NCBI GenBank assembly: GCA_963772995.1
Contig: CAVYZQ010000013.1
Span: 78,866 to 142,865, forward strand
Direction of reading: 5' to 3'
DNA: 64,000 bases
DNA from: an uncultured Chloroflexia bacterium
GTDB lineage: Bacteria; Chloroflexota; Limnocylindria; Limnocylindrales; CSP1-4
Shown piece by piece: positions 26,371-38,770 of the stretch. The notes beneath the pieces were generated by a model that had not been told where the DNA came from, did no database searches, and was given only the letters and a program-made list of their open reading frames with translations. Numbering within the stretch: the first letter of the stretch is position 1; the number at the start of each line of letters is the position of its first letter. The position numbers were made by a program, and so were the translations under genes.

Positions 26371-28102
26371 ATGCCTGACGCCGACCGCGCCTCGGACCCC
26401 GCTAAGCGCCACTCCGCGACCATCACCGACGGCCCCGACCGGGCGGGCGCACGGGCCATGCTCAAGGCGGTCGGGTTCACCGACGCGGACCTCGCCAAGC
26501 CGATCGTCGGGGTCGGCACGACGTGGATCGAGACGATGCCGTGCAACCTCAACCAGCGGCGGTTGGCGGAGCACGTGAAGGCCGGGATCCGCGCCGCAGG
26601 CGGCACCCCGATGGAGTTCAACACGGTCGCCATCAGCGACGGCGTCACGATGGGCACCGAGGGCATGAAGACCTCGCTCGTCAGCCGCGAGGTCGTCGCC
26701 GACTCGATGGAACTCGTGACCCTCGGGCAGATGTTCGACGGCCTCGTGGCGGTCGTCGCCTGCGACAAGACGGTCCCGGGGGCCGCGATGGCCCTCGGAC
26801 GGCTCGACGTCCCCGGCATCGTGCTCTACAGCGGGACGATCAACCCGGGCGTCTACAAGGGCCAGCGCAACGCGACGGTGGTAACGGTCTACGAGGCGAT
26901 CGGGGCGTATCGCGCCGGCAAGATCAGCCTCGAGGAGCTGTACGAGGTCGAGAACGTGGCCTGTCCCGGTCCGGGCGCGTGCGGCGGCCAGTACACGGCC
27001 AACACGATGAGTACGGTCATGGAGTTCATCGGCCTGTCACCCGGCCGGGCTCAACGGGATCCCGTCCGAGGAACCGTCCAAGGAGGCCGCGGCCTATCGC
27101 ACCGGCGAGCTGGTCATGGACCTCGTCCGCCGCGACATCCGGCCGTCGTCGATCGTCACGCGAGACGCGCTCGAGAACGGTATCGCTTCGGTGGCGGCGA
27201 CCGGCGGATCGACGAACGGCGTCCTCCACCTGCTGGCCATCGCCCACGAGTTCGGGATCCCGCTCGACATCGACGAGTTCGGAGCGATCGCGGACCGCAC
27301 GCCCCTCATCGGCGACATGCGCCCGGGCGGGCGCTACACCGCGACCGACATGTTCGAGGCTGGCGGGGTCGCGCTGGTGATGCGCGAGCTGCTCAAGCGC
27401 CCGGGGCTGCTCCACGGGGACGCCCGGACCGTCGACGGACGGACGATCGCCGAGATCGCCGCCGCGGTCGAGGAGACGCCCGGCCAGCAGGTGGTCCGGC
27501 CGATCGACACGCCGCTCAAGGAGACCGGCGGCCTGGCCATCCTGCACGGCACCCTCGCGCCGGAGGGCTGCGTGGTCAAGCTCGCCGGCCACGAGCGCCG
27601 CGAGCACCGCGGGCCGGCCCGCGTGTTCGACTCCGAGTCGGCCTGCTACGACGCGGTGCGCGACCAGCGGATCAAGCCCGGAGACGTGGTGGTCATCCGC
27701 TACGAGGGACCGGTCGGCGGCCCAGGCATGCAGGAGATGCTCCAGGTCACCGCGGCGCTCGTCGGCGAGGGGCTCGGCGATTCGGTCGCGCTCCTGACCG
27801 ACGGCCGCTTCTCCGGCGGCACCCACGGTCTGATGATCGGTCACGTCGCGCCGGAGGCCGCGCTCGGCGGACCGATCGCCGCGGTCCAGGAGGGCGACAC
27901 GATCGTCATCGACGTCGACCGCAAGGCCCTCGACCTCGACGTTCCGCCCGACGAGATCGCTCGCCGCCTCGCGGCGTGGACCCCGCCGCTGGCCCGCTAT
28001 CGCGGCGGCGTCATGGCCAAGTACGCGGCCCAGGTCGGGTCGGCGTCGCGGGGTGCGGTGACGACCGGTCCGCGCATGGCGGCCGGACTGCTGACGCGAT
28101 GA
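26371..28102 (+). CDS. ilvD: Dihydroxy-acid dehydratase (frameshift near 27045)
   Basis: [56 protein letters not shown]. Confidence 0.95.
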
Positions 28103-29007
28103 GCCACGTGACGCGCTACCGGATCGGGATCAAGACCTCGCAGCAGGACACGGACTGGGCCACGCTCGACGCCGATTGGACGCGCATCGGGGAGCACGAC
28201 GTCTTCGAGTCCGTCTGGCTGAACGACCATCTCAACAACACCCGCGAACCGGTCGGCGGTCCCAGCTTCGAGGCGGTCACGACGCTCGCCGCGCTGGCTC
28301 ACCGCGTTCCCGGCAAGACGCTCGGGATCGGCGTGCTGTCGACGACGTTCCGTCACCCGTCGGTCCTCGCGAAGCAGCTGACCGTGCTCGACCACGCGAC
28401 CGGCGGGCGCCTCATCGCCGGCCTCGGAGCCGGCTGGCACGAGCCCGAGCACACGCCCTTCGGCATCCCCTTCCCGCCGATCAAGGAGCGGTTCGACCAG
28501 TTCGAGTCGTCGCTCGCCGTCATCCGGGCCTTCTTCTCGGACGAGGCGCGCGCGATGCCGGGCGTCACCCGCCCCGACCCGTACTTCCCGCTCACCAACG
28601 CGACCAACGAACCGGGCACGCTCAGCCCGCATGGCCCGACGATCTGGCTCGGGGGACAGAAGCGGCGCGGGATCGACCTCGCCGCACGCTACGCCCAGGG
28701 CTGGCTCATCCCGTTCGTGCTGCCCGACGGCCGCACCGACCGTGTTCCCTATTTCGCCGAGCGACGCTCCATGCTGCTCGAGCGGATGGCCGAGATCGGG
28801 CGCGACCCAGATGGCTTCGAGTTCGCGACCCAGATCCCGACCGGGACGACGCCCGAGGCCTGGAACGAGACGCTCGGCCTCGCCCACGGCTTCGTGGAAG
28901 TCGGCGCGAACCACGTGATCCTGTCGATGCCACCGAACCTCGGACCCGACGGCGTGGATGCCATCGCGACGGCGATCGCCCGTCCGCTGCGCGACGCCCT
29001 CGGCTGA
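28099..29007 (+). CDS. LLM-class flavin-dependent oxidoreductase
   Basis: [38 protein letters not shown]; ATG overlaps the ilvD stop. Confidence 0.85.
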   Translation: MSHVTRYRIGIKTSQQDTDWATLDADWTRIGEHDVFESVWLNDHLNNTREPVGGPSFEAVTTLAALAHRVPGKTLGIGVLSTTFRHPSVLAKQLTVLDHATGGRLIAGLGAGWHEPEHTPFGIPFPPIKERFDQFESSLAVIRAFFSDEARAMPGVTRPDPYFPLTNATNEPGTLSPHGPTIWLGGQKRRGIDLAARYAQGWLIPFVLPDGRTDRVPYFAERRSMLLERMAEIGRDPDGFEFATQIPTGTTPEAWNETLGLAHGFVEVGANHVILSMPPNLGPDGVDAIATAIARPLRDALG

Positions 29008-29044
29008 CCGTGCGAGGTCGCCGCTGCGGCGGCATCATTGACGG

Positions 29045-29311
29045 GTGACCACCCCCGACCGCGCCCAAACAACGCTGCCGCCCGATCCCGAGGCCTACGA
29101 CTCGCCGCGCAACGCGCGAGCCCGCGCGAAGGGTCTCGAGGCGCCGTATATCGCCGGCGGCACCGATCCGGACCCGGAGCCGGGCCTCGTCGAGGAACGC
29201 CACTATCTGCGGCTGCTGGTGTGGATGGTGGCCGCGCTCATCCTGGGTGGCTTCGTCCTCGGCATCATTGTGGCCCTCGCGACCGGGGACCTGTCCGGGA
29301 ACTTCGTGTGA
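29045..29311 (+). CDS. Small hypothetical membrane protein
   Basis: 88 aa with one C-terminal TM helix; stop overlaps the next start (GTGA). Confidence 0.7.
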   Translation: MTTPDRAQTTLPPDPEAYDSPRNARARAKGLEAPYIAGGTDPDPEPGLVEERHYLRLLVWMVAALILGGFVLGIIVALATGDLSGNFV

Positions 29312-30746
29312 CGAGCGGCATCGCCGCCCCGTCGCGCGCGCATCGACGCGGCGACTTGGGACGCGGCGCACGCGGGACTCGTCGATACGCTGCGCGAGCT
29401 CATCCGGATCCCGTCGGTCGATCCCGTCGACCCATCGGCTCCCGACATGGAGCTCGTCGCCGCCCAGGCGATCGCGGCGATGCTTCGCGAGGCCGGCCTC
29501 GAGCCGGAGATCGTGGAGCCGGTGCCGGGCCGCGGCTCGGTCCACGCGCGCCTGCGTGGCGACGGCACCGGTGGCGAGCCACTGCTGCTGCTGTCGCACC
29601 TCGACGTCGTGCCCGCACCGCCCGATCGCTGGACCCATCCGCCCTTCGCGGCCGACATCGACGACGGCTATATCTTCGGACGCGGCGCGGTCGATATGAA
29701 GCAGATGGTCGCGATGGAGCTCGCTGTCGTCCGCCTGCTCGCCGGCGAAGCGCACGCGGCCGGGCTCGATCCGGCCCGCGACCCGATCCCCGGCCTTCGT
29801 CGCGACGTCCTCTTCACGTGCACCGCGGACGAGGAGGCCGGCGGCATCGACGGTGCCAGATGGGTGGCCGAGCACCGGCCGGCATGGGTCCGCGCCGCCG
29901 GGGCGCTCAACGAATGCGGGGGCGTCGCGACGACCGTCGCCGGACGGCGCCTCTACCCGATCCAGGTCGCGGAAAAGGGGTATGCGTCGTACCGACTCCA
30001 CGTCCGCGGGACCTGGGGCCACGGGTCGATGCCACGGAGCGACAACGCGGCCGTCCTGGCCGCCGAGATCGTTCGACGCCTGGCCGTCCCGGGCCCGACG
30101 CGCCTCACGCCGGTCATGCGTCGATTCCTCGAACTCGCCGCTGCGGCGCTGCCGCCGGAAGCCTCGCGCCTGATCGATCGGCTCGATCGACGGCGACGCA
30201 CCCTCCGCCGAAGCCGCGATCGAGGCCGCCTGCGACCCGACGTACGCCCGGGCGCTCCGCGCACTCGTCCGCGACACCCTGAGCCCGAACGTCATCACGA
30301 CGGGCATCAAGTACAACGTCATCCCGGGTGACGCCATCATCGAGGTCGACTGCCGCGTCCTGCCCGGCACCACCGAGGCGGACATCCGGGCGGAGGTCAT
30401 CGAGCGGATGGGCCCCGATCTTGCCGCTGCCACCCGCATCGAGCTGATCGTCTGGGGCGCACCCGTCGAGGCGCCCGCCGAAGGGGAGCTGTACGACCTG
30501 CTGGCCAGCACGATCCGCGACCACGACCCCGAGGGCATCCCGCTGCCCGTCATGGTCCCGTTCGCCACCGATGCCAAGCACATCGAATCGCTGGGTGTGC
30601 CGGCGTACGGCTTCTGCCCGCTGCTGCTCGACCCCGAGGAACGGTTCCTCGAGCGCTTCCATGGGGTCGACGAACGCGTCTCCATCGATGCGCTCGCCTG
30701 GGGACTGCCGGTCCTCTACGACGTCGTTCGGCGGTTCTGCGGCTGA
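29308..30746 (+). CDS. M20/M25/M40 family metallo-hydrolase (frameshifted)
   Basis: LLLSHLDVVP, GRGAVDMK, ADEEAGG, GHGSMP, ATDAK, FHGVDER. Confidence 0.88.
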
Positions 30747-30777
30747 GGCCGACCTGCGTCGGCACGACACCGCGGGG

Positions 30778-30999
30778 TCAGCGTCCGCCGAGCGGTTCCC
30801 TGTCCTCGCGCTCCTCGCTGATCCGGACCTCCTCATCGCAGGTCGTGCAGACGTAGGTCCGTCCCTGCGCCCAGTCGCGCTCGGGGTCGTGGTCGGCGGG
30901 GTCGTGATGGCTCGGGCGGGGAGCGAGCTCTCCCCACGTGCCGTCGCTGTGCCGATGCTGAACGCGAACGAGGAAATCCGCCTGTCCGATGAGGTCCAC
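30778..30999 (-). CDS. Small His/Cys-containing hypothetical protein
   Basis: 73 aa with HRHSDG...YVCTTCDEEV; SD GGAGGG upstream. Confidence 0.7.
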   Translation of the reverse strand: MDLIGQADFLVRVQHRHSDGTWGELAPRPSHHDPADHDPERDWAQGRTYVCTTCDEEVRISEEREDREPLGGR

Positions 31000-31080
31000 C
31001 GATCACCCTCCTGTGTTCCCCGATGGTGGGGCCTGAGACGCCGGCCGCACAAGTCACGGCTCATCGGCCGCATTCGCCGG

Positions 31081-31666
31081 TCAGCCCACCTCGCGCGGCG
31101 TCCGGATGAGCCGGCCCCGGCGACTGATCGCGTGGGTTGCGAGTGCCGCCACGCCCATCGCGACGATCGCGCGTTCGGCGCTCGGAAGGGGCCGGACCGC
31201 GGCCAGGAACTGTTCGGCGCGGCCACGGTCCACGACCCGGAGGACGGCGTGGCCCCGCTGGGTCAGGCGCAATGTCTTCTGGCGGCGGTCTTCGGGCTCC
31301 TGGTTGCGCTCGACCAGGCGGCGACGGACCAGCCCGTCGACCAGGCGGCTCGTGGCCGATGGCGACCGTCCGATCGATTCGGCCAGCTCGCCGACCGTGA
31401 GCGTGCTGCCGTCCGCGAGGACGTACAGCGCCGCGAGTTGGGTAAAGCCGAGCCGCAACTCCCCGAGCTGACCGGCAAAACCGATGACCAGCTCGCGCCA
31501 CAGGGCCCGGCCCATCGCCACGCGCTCGCTGATCTGGCGGACGTTCGGCAGCCGGTTGCCGGCGGCGAGCACCGGCGCCGACAGGTCGGCCTCGAAGCGA
31601 CGGGCGATGGCCCGCGCAGGGGCCGGCCGGGTCGATGGGCGAGGCGCGGATCGTGTCGTCGGTCAC
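31081..31666 (-). CDS. MarR family transcriptional regulator (5' frameshift; start uncertain)
   Basis: LTVGELAESIGRSPSATSRLVDGLVRRRLVER...EDRRQKTLRLTQRG. Confidence 0.85.
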
Positions 31667-31756
31667 GTTTCCAAGCCTACCGGCAGAGCCGGGATACATG
31701 CAACCGTGCAACTGACTCGTGCGTGGGGGTCCGCCCGGCGCCGTACTCTGCCGAAC

Positions 31757-32721
31757 ATGACGCAGCTTGCCTTCGTGTTTCCCGGACAGGGGTCGCAATC
31801 GGTTGGGATGGGCCGATCGCTGGCCGAGACTTCGCCCGCCGCCGCCGCCGTCTTCGCCGCCGCGGATCGGCGCGCTCGGTGAGCCCATCAGCGCCGTCGC
31901 CTGGGATGGTCCCGCCGAGCGCCTCGATCTCACCGAGCAGGCCCAGCCCGCGATCCTTGCGACCTCGATCGCGATCCTCGCCGCGCTTCGCGAGCGGTGG
32001 GCCGCCGAGGGCCTGATCGCGCCGGAGCCCGCCTTCGCGGCCGGCCATTCGATGGGCCAGTACTCAGCCCTCGTGGCCGCCGGCGCCCTCGACCTCGACG
32101 ACGGGCTGCGGCTCGTGCGCGAGCGCGGCCGGCTGATGCAGGCATCCGGGCAGGGGCGCGACGGCGCGATGGCCGCCCTGATCGGGCTCGACGATTCGCG
32201 CTTGCCGGAGCTCGTCGAGAGCGCCGGGGCACACGGGGTCTTCGTCGTCGCCAACCGCAACGCGCCGGGCCAGGTCGTCGTCTCCGGTGAGCGTGCCGCC
32301 ATCGAGGCCGGCGCGGCGCTCGCGAAGGAGATGGGCGCCAAGCGTGCCATCGTCCTGCCCGTCTCGGTCGCGGCTCACTCCCCGCTCATGGCCGAAGCGG
32401 CCGACGGGATGCGACTCGCCCTTGCCGGCGTGACCTTTCACGATCCGGCGACGCCGTTGCTCGCCAACGCCGACGCCCGTCTCATCGCGTCCGCCGACGC
32501 CTGTCGGAACGAGCTCATCGAGCACCTGACCGCCGGCGTGGACTGGATCCGGATCGTCGAGCGGATGGTCGGCGGCCGGCGTGACCACCTTCGTCGAGAT
32601 CGGTCCCGGCAAGGTCCTGACCGGACTCATCCGCCGGATCGCACCTGAGGCCGAGGTCATCGCCACTGACGATCCCGCCAGCCTCGATCGACTCATGGCC
32701 CTCGCATCAGTCCCCGCCTGA
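31757..32721 (+). CDS. fabD: Malonyl-CoA:ACP transacylase (frameshifted; probably leaderless)
   Basis: FVFPGQGSQ, AQPAI, GHSMGQY, AHSPLM, EIGPGKVLTGL; TACTCT lies 7 nt before the ATG. Confidence 0.92.
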
Positions 32722-32775
32722 CCACCCACAGAGATCGGCGCCACACGGCGCCCACAGAACTGGAGCAGTACGACT

Positions 32776-34052
32776 TTGCGCAAGCCTGACTACGACCGCC
32801 GCGTGGTGGTCACCGGACTCGGCGTCATCAGCTCGATCGGCAACGACGTCGACGACCGTCTGGTCCAACCTCGTCAACGGGGTGTCCGGGATGGGCCCGA
32901 TCACCCGCTTCGACCCGACACCGTACGAGGCCAAGCTGGCCGGCGAGGTCCACGATTTCAACCCTTCGGATTGGATGGACCCGAAAGCCGCCCGCCGAAG
33001 CGAATCGAGCATGCATTTCGGCGTCGCCGCGGCGAAGCAGGCTCTGGCCGATTCGGGGTTCGAGCTGACCGACGCGAATCGGACCGAGGTCGGGGTCGTC
33101 TTCGGCTCGGGCGCGGGCGGCCAGACCCTGATGCTCGACAACTGGGCGTCTCTCAAGGAGCGCGGTCCACGAACGGTCGCCCCGACGTTCATCGCCAATG
33201 CGCTGACCGACAGCTGCTCCGGGATGATCGCGATCGAGACGGGCGCCATCGGCCACAACATCTGCATGGTGTCCGCCTGCGCCACGGGGACCCACAACGT
33301 CGGGCGAAGCGGCCGAGGCGATCCGCCGGGGGGACTGCATCGCGGTCATCTCCGGCTCCACCGAGGCTCCGCTCTTAGAAGTGGGACATGCAGGCTTCTC
33401 GAACATGCGCGGGATGGGGATGCCGCGCCCCGGTGAGGCGCCCGAGACGGTCTCGCGACCGTTCGACCTGACGCGGGATGGCTTCGTCCTCGGCGAAGGC
33501 TCGGGCGCACTGTTCCTCGAGGACCTCGAGCTCGCCAAGGCGCGCGGAGCGAAGATCTACGCGGAAGTCGTGGGCTACGGATCGGCTGCGGACGGCTGGG
33601 ACATGATCCAGCCGGTCGAGGCGGGGGCCGGCTCGGCGCGCGCCATGAAGATGGCCCTCGAGCGGCGTGGCGTCCCGGCCGACGAAGTCGACCTGATCAA
33701 CCCGCACGGAACCTCGACCCCGCTTGGCGACAAGCGCGAGGCGGAAGCCCTGTGGACCGTCTTCGGCAGTCGGGCCGCGGCCAGGGAACGCTCGCTCGCT
33801 GTCAGCGCGACCAAGTCGATGACCGGCCACATGATGGGCGCCGCGGGGGCATTCGAAGCATTCGCGACCGTGATGTCGGTGGCCGAGCAGTGCGCGCCGG
33901 CCACCATCAACTACCGAGATTTCGACCCCGACTGCGACGTCTGGGTCGTCAGCGAGACACAGGCGCTGCCGATCCGCTACGCCCTGTCGAACAACATCGG
34001 CCTGGGCGGCCACAACGGCGCGATCATCTTCAAGCGCTACGACGGCGACTGA
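32776..34052 (+). CDS. fabF: Beta-ketoacyl-ACP synthase II, copy 1 (frameshifted)
   Basis: [40 protein letters not shown]. Confidence 0.85.
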
Positions 34053-34073
34053 TCGCAACCCGGCCGGAGCGAC

Positions 34074-34417
34074 ACCTACTGACGATCGCCGTTGGGCGAT
34101 TCCAGGGCCTCGCGTTGGGCGGCCGGCCGCCGTCTGTGCTCAGCCGGCCAACGCCTGGGCTGAGCCACCGACCTGCTGACGATCGCCATTGGGCGATCCC
34201 GGCGACGGCCTCAGTTCGGCGGGCCGGCCGCGTCTCGTGCTCAGGTCCTCGAGTCGTGCCGGCCGGAGGCACACTCGCTGACGATCGCCGTTGGGCGAAT
34301 ATGACCTCTGACGGATCGGCCTCAGTATCGGCGGGCGGCCGCGCCGTGCTCAATGTCCTGGCGATGGCGGCCGGATGATCCATGACCTGCTGACGATCGC
34401 CGTTGGGCGATTCCAGG
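34074..34417 (+). repeat. Four degenerate ~100-bp tandem units with core CTGACGATCGCCGTTGGGCGA
   Basis: Cores near 34078, 34175, 34277 and 34389; each holds a TCGCC..GGCGA hairpin. Confidence 0.85.
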
Positions 34418-34445
34418 ATGGCGTGCCGATCTGGTCGGCTTGTCT

Positions 34446-34813
34446 TCAACGATCTCGCCAGTCGGGGGAAGGCCGAAGCCCCCGCGTACCGATGATGCGG
34501 GGTTGCTCCATCCAATCGACGTGCGCGGGCCGAACCCGCGTAAGAGGTCGGTATCGGGCGGGTGGCTCGCAGGGCGCCCACGATGATCTCGTAACCCATC
34601 GACCCGGCCACGCGAGCCAGCGTCTCAAGCCGCAACTCCTTCCGCGAGTCCGTTCTCGATCATCGACCAGGTGGATTGGCTTGACACCTGCGATCTGGCT
34701 CAGGTGCGGTCTGTGTCTCGAGCTGACGCAACCTCGCTCCGCGCTAGGTCAAAACCGAGGTGGACGATCACCCGCTCGACGAAGGCCGGCTGATCACGCA
34801 GGAAGTAGGGCAT
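34446..34813 (-). CDS. XRE-family helix-turn-helix protein (several frameshifts)
   Basis: Reconstructed across frames: MPYFLRDQPAFVERVIVHLGFDLAR...LSQIAGV.QSTWSMIENGLAEG.RLETLARVAGSMGYEI. Confidence 0.6.
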
Positions 34814-34965
34814 GCCTCAATTACACCGCTCGGAGCTTTCACCAGCACGTATCTGTCCATGCCCGGCTGAGTTTCGCGCTGGAGCACGAGGAGCTTTTGA
34901 GCACTCGATGAGCCAAACCATGTGAAGGGCGGTCGCGACTTCGAGGCACCGGGACGATGGTTCCA

Positions 34966-35395
34966 CCGGCGATATCGCCCAACGGCGATCGTCGGCGGTG
35001 CCTCCCGGGTGGACTGGGCGCGTCACGCCGGAAGGGAGGCTCGCCTGCACGGGGGCCGGCGCTATCGCCCAAGGGCGATGGTCGGGAGGGCGCCTCGCCT
35101 GGGACGCACGCCACGGCGGGATCGAGCCTCGCCTGCAAGCTTTCTCAGAATCACGGGGGCTGCGCATATCGCCCAAGCGGCGATGGTCGGAGGGCGCCTC
35201 GCCGTGGAGGCAGCCTGCAAGCCCTCTCCGGATCACGGGAGCCGGCGATATCGCCCAACGGCGATCGTCGGAAGGTGCGCTCGCGGTGGCTGCGGGCGTG
35301 TGACGGCAGAAGTGAGCGTGGCCGGCAAGCCCTTCTCCGGATCATGGCGCCACGGCGATATCGCCCAACGGGCGATCGTCGGAGGGTGCCTCGCC
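34966..35395 (-). repeat. Five degenerate ~80-110-bp tandem units with core ATATCGCCCAACGGCGATCGTCGG (reverse complement of the left array core)
   Basis: Cores near 34966, 35056, 35163, 35242 and 35353. Confidence 0.85.
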
Positions 35396-35501
35396 GTGGA
35401 CTCGTGCGCCGCGCGACGGCAGAACCGAGCCCGGCCGCTGAGCGCGGCCGGTGTGAAGCTCGCCCTGCTACCATCGCCGCCGAGCCCAACCGGAGGGATG
35501 T

Positions 35502-36766
35502 GTGCCTGAACTGGACCCCAGCCGCCGTGCGGTCGTGACCGGCATGGGCGCCGTCATGCCGATCGGCAACGACTTCCCGACGTACTGGTCGAACCTGGTC
35601 GCAGGGGTCACGGGCACGCGGACCATCTCGAGCTTCGATCCCAGCGGGGTTCGAGGTGCGGATCGCGGCCGAGGTGCTCGACTTCGACCCGACGATCGCG
35701 ATGGACGCAAAGATGGCGCGGCGGATGAGCCGCTTCATCCATTTCGCGATGGCGGCCGGCAAGGAGGCCGTCGCCGACTCCGGCATCGATTCGCGGCGAT
35801 GACCGAGGAGAGCGGGATCGATGCGGCGTGGTCGTCAATACCGGCGGCGGCGGCATCGAGCAGATCATCGATGGAACCCACGTCCACGACCAGAAGGGGC
35901 CGCGGTTCGTGTCGGCCTTCGCGATCCCGGCGCTGTCGGGCTCGATGGGCGCCGCGATGCTGTCGATGGAGTACCACCTGACCGGGCCGGTGATGACCCA
36001 GGTCGCCGCCTGCGCGACGTCGGTGATCGCGTTCCAGGATGCGCTCCGGCTGATCAGGACGGGCGAGTGCGACGTCGTGCTGGCCGGCGGTTCGGAGGCG
36101 CCGATCTGGCCGATGGGCGTGGCCGCACTGGGGAACATGGGCGCGCTTTCGAAGCGCAACGACTCGCCGGAAACAGCCTCGCGGCCGTTCGATGCGACCC
36201 GCGACGGGTTCGTGCTCGGCGAGGGCGGCGGGGTCGTGGTCGTCGAGTCGCTCGCGCATGCGCGCGAGCGCGGAGCGACACCGATCGCCGAGATCATCGG
36301 CGCGGCGCTGACGGCCGACGCGTTTCACATCAGCGCCCCCGAACCGACCGGTCGCGGCCAGGCCCGGGCGATGTCGCTGGCGCTGCGCAACGCCGGGATC
36401 GCGCCCGAGGATGTCGACTACATCGTCGCCCACGGGACATCCACATCCCTCAACGACGTACCGAGACGCGCGCGATCAAGTCGGCCTACGGCGACTACGC
36501 CTACAAGGTCCCGATCAGCTCGCCGAAGTCGATGATCGGCCACCTCGTGGGTGCGGCCGGGATCGCGTCGGTGCTGGCCGGCCTCGGTGCCATCCGCGAC
36601 GGCGTCATCCCGCCGACGGCCAATCTCCACACGCCGGACCCCGAGTGCGACCTCGATTACACGCCGCTCGTCGCGCGGCAAGGCGCCGGTCCGGACCGTG
36701 GCCGTCAACGGGTTCGGGTTCGGCGGGCAGAACGCAGTCGCTATCTTCCGGGCCGTCGAGGGCTAG
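35502..36766 (+). CDS. fabF: Beta-ketoacyl-ACP synthase II, copy 2 (frameshifted)
   Basis: [51 protein letters not shown]. Confidence 0.85.
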
Positions 36767-36817
36767 GTTCGGGGCTCGCGAACGAGGCGCGCGAGGCGGA
36801 ACTGAGTGGCGGGTGCG

Positions 36818-37746
36818 TCAGCCGCCGGTCGCGGTGCGCAACTCGGCCAGGACCGCCGGGTCGAGCCAGCCGACGGCAGCCAACCGTACCTCGAGGTTCG
36901 CCACCGCCATCCAGCCGACGAGTGCGGCGTCCCAGCCCGGCATCCCAGCCGGCCGGCGGCGTCCGCTCCGTGCCGATCCGTGATGTCCCCGCGACCGCTG
37001 CGCGCATCCGGGCGGCGAAGGCATCCTCGCGATCGGGCGACCAGCCGGCGGCCGCGAGCCGCGTGCGCAGCTCGGCTGCGAGAACTTCGTCGATCGGGAG
37101 CGAGGTCGGCCGGATCGGGCCGCTCCATGAGCAGCCGCGCGATGCCGCGGATCCGGATGAGCTCAGGGACCGGGTCGGGATGGTCGTCGACGCGAAGGTC
37201 GAGCCAGCGGTCACTCCCGCCGCCGTACCCGCCGGCCTCGCGAACGACGAGGAGGGCCGCGGACTGGCGTCCACGTCGGTCTCCTCCTGCCCGATCCCCG
37301 GCCAGCAGCGCGGCCAGGAGCCGGTCCGGCAGCGGACCGCTCGTCGCCTCGAATGCGGCCAGCATCGCGTCCACCACGGCGCCGTCAGCGAGGATGTTGC
37401 CCTGGATCGCGACGCCGTCCGACGTCCGGCCACCGGCCCACGGCAGGCAGTTCGTCCCGTATACGTGACGGCGCGCCCCGCAGCGTCGACGAGCCCGAAC
37501 TGGCGCTCGTCGCTCGCCTCGTCGGACGAGGTGAGGCGCTCGGCGATCTCCGCCGGATCCATGCCCTCGGCCATCAGCGCGAGACCACGCGGCCCGTACG
37601 AGACGTTCGCCCAGGCCTGCGTCGCGACCGCCCCGATGCCCGCCCTTGCCCACGGGCACGACGGAGCCCACCGCGAGGAACTTGGAGGCCACGGCGACGC
37701 CGAGGTCGCCCGTGTCCGGGTCGCGCGCGACGATCGAGAAGGTCAC
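36818..37746 (-). CDS. DUF1028 domain protein (Ntn-hydrolase-like; frameshifted)
   Basis: [61 protein letters not shown]. Confidence 0.85.
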
Positions 37747-37753
37747 GACGTTT

Positions 37754-38698
37754 TCACGTCTGGCGGACCCGCGGATCGATCAGCGCGATGGCGACATCGA
37801 CCAGGATGTTCATGACCACGATGCAGACCGTGGCGAAAAGGACGGTCCCCATCAGAAGCGGCAGGTCCTCCGAGTGAACCGCATCGAGCGCGAGTTTCCC
37901 GATGCCCGGCCACGAGAACACCGCCTCCACGACCACGACCCCGCCCAGCAGCAGGCCGAGATCGAGGCCGATCTGCGTGAGGAGCGGTGGCAGGGCGTTC
38001 GGGAATGCGTGGCGCCAGGCGACTCGACCCTCGGCCGCGCCCTTCGCCCGCGCCGTGCGCGTGTAGTCCTGGTGCAGCTCGTCGAGCAGCACCGTCCGGG
38101 TGATCCGGGCGTAGTAGGCGGCGAGCCCGACCGCCAGGGTCACGGCCGGAAGGAGCAGGTAGCGCAGGTCCCATGGCTTGTACTGGCCGATGGGAAAGAT
38201 CGATAGGCCCCACTGGAGCGCCGGCTGGAAGGCGAAGACGAAGATCAGCATGTAGCCGACCCAGAACGCGGGAGCGGCCACGAGAACGGACGTGCCGATC
38301 AGCCCGAGCCGGTCGGTCTTGCCGCCCGGGTTCCGCGCTGATCGCACCCCGAGCGGGATGCCGATCACGGCCGCCGCGAGGACGCCCGCGATCGCCAGTT
38401 CGAAGGTCGCCGGGACACGCTCGAGAACCATGTCAAGGACGGGGCGGTGCTGCTTGTACGACTCGCCGAAGTCGCCCTGGAGCGCCCGGGCGAGATACCC
38501 GACCATCTGCTCGGGCAGCGGCCGATCCATCCCGAGAGCCTCGCGGATCGCATGGACGGCCGCCGCCGAGGCGTTCCTCCCGGCGATCGCCCTGGCGGGG
38601 TCGCCAGGGGCCACGAACGCGAGGAGGAACGTGAAGATGCCGACGGCGAGGAGGACCAACATCCCCCAGGCGACCCGTCGGACGATGTATGCGACCAC
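37754..38698 (-). CDS. Peptide/nickel ABC transporter permease (DppB-like)
   Basis: [33 protein letters not shown]. Confidence 0.9.
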   Translation of the reverse strand: MVAYIVRRVAWGMLVLLAVGIFTFLLAFVAPGDPARAIAGRNASAAAVHAIREALGMDRPLPEQMVGYLARALQGDFGESYKQHRPVLDMVLERVPATFELAIAGVLAAAVIGIPLGVRSARNPGGKTDRLGLIGTSVLVAAPAFWVGYMLIFVFAFQPALQWGLSIFPIGQYKPWDLRYLLLPAVTLAVGLAAYYARITRTVLLDELHQDYTRTARAKGAAEGRVAWRHAFPNALPPLLTQIGLDLGLLLGGVVVVEAVFSWPGIGKLALDAVHSEDLPLLMGTVLFATVCIVVMNILVDVAIALIDPRVRQT

Positions 38699-38770
38699 GT
38701 CACGATGATGGTGACCCGAACGCCGCCCGACAAGGGCGGGCGCCCGGGCCGGCGCTGGAGCGCGCGCTCG

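Noticed and set aside
26302-29007. 901-aa IlvD-LLM fusion ORF
   Set aside because: Artefact of a frameshift near 27045; the IlvD C-terminus is in another frame ending at 28102.
34074-35395. CRISPR array
   Set aside because: Repeats are degenerate, spacers are long (about 55-90 bp) and similar to each other, and no cas genes are present.
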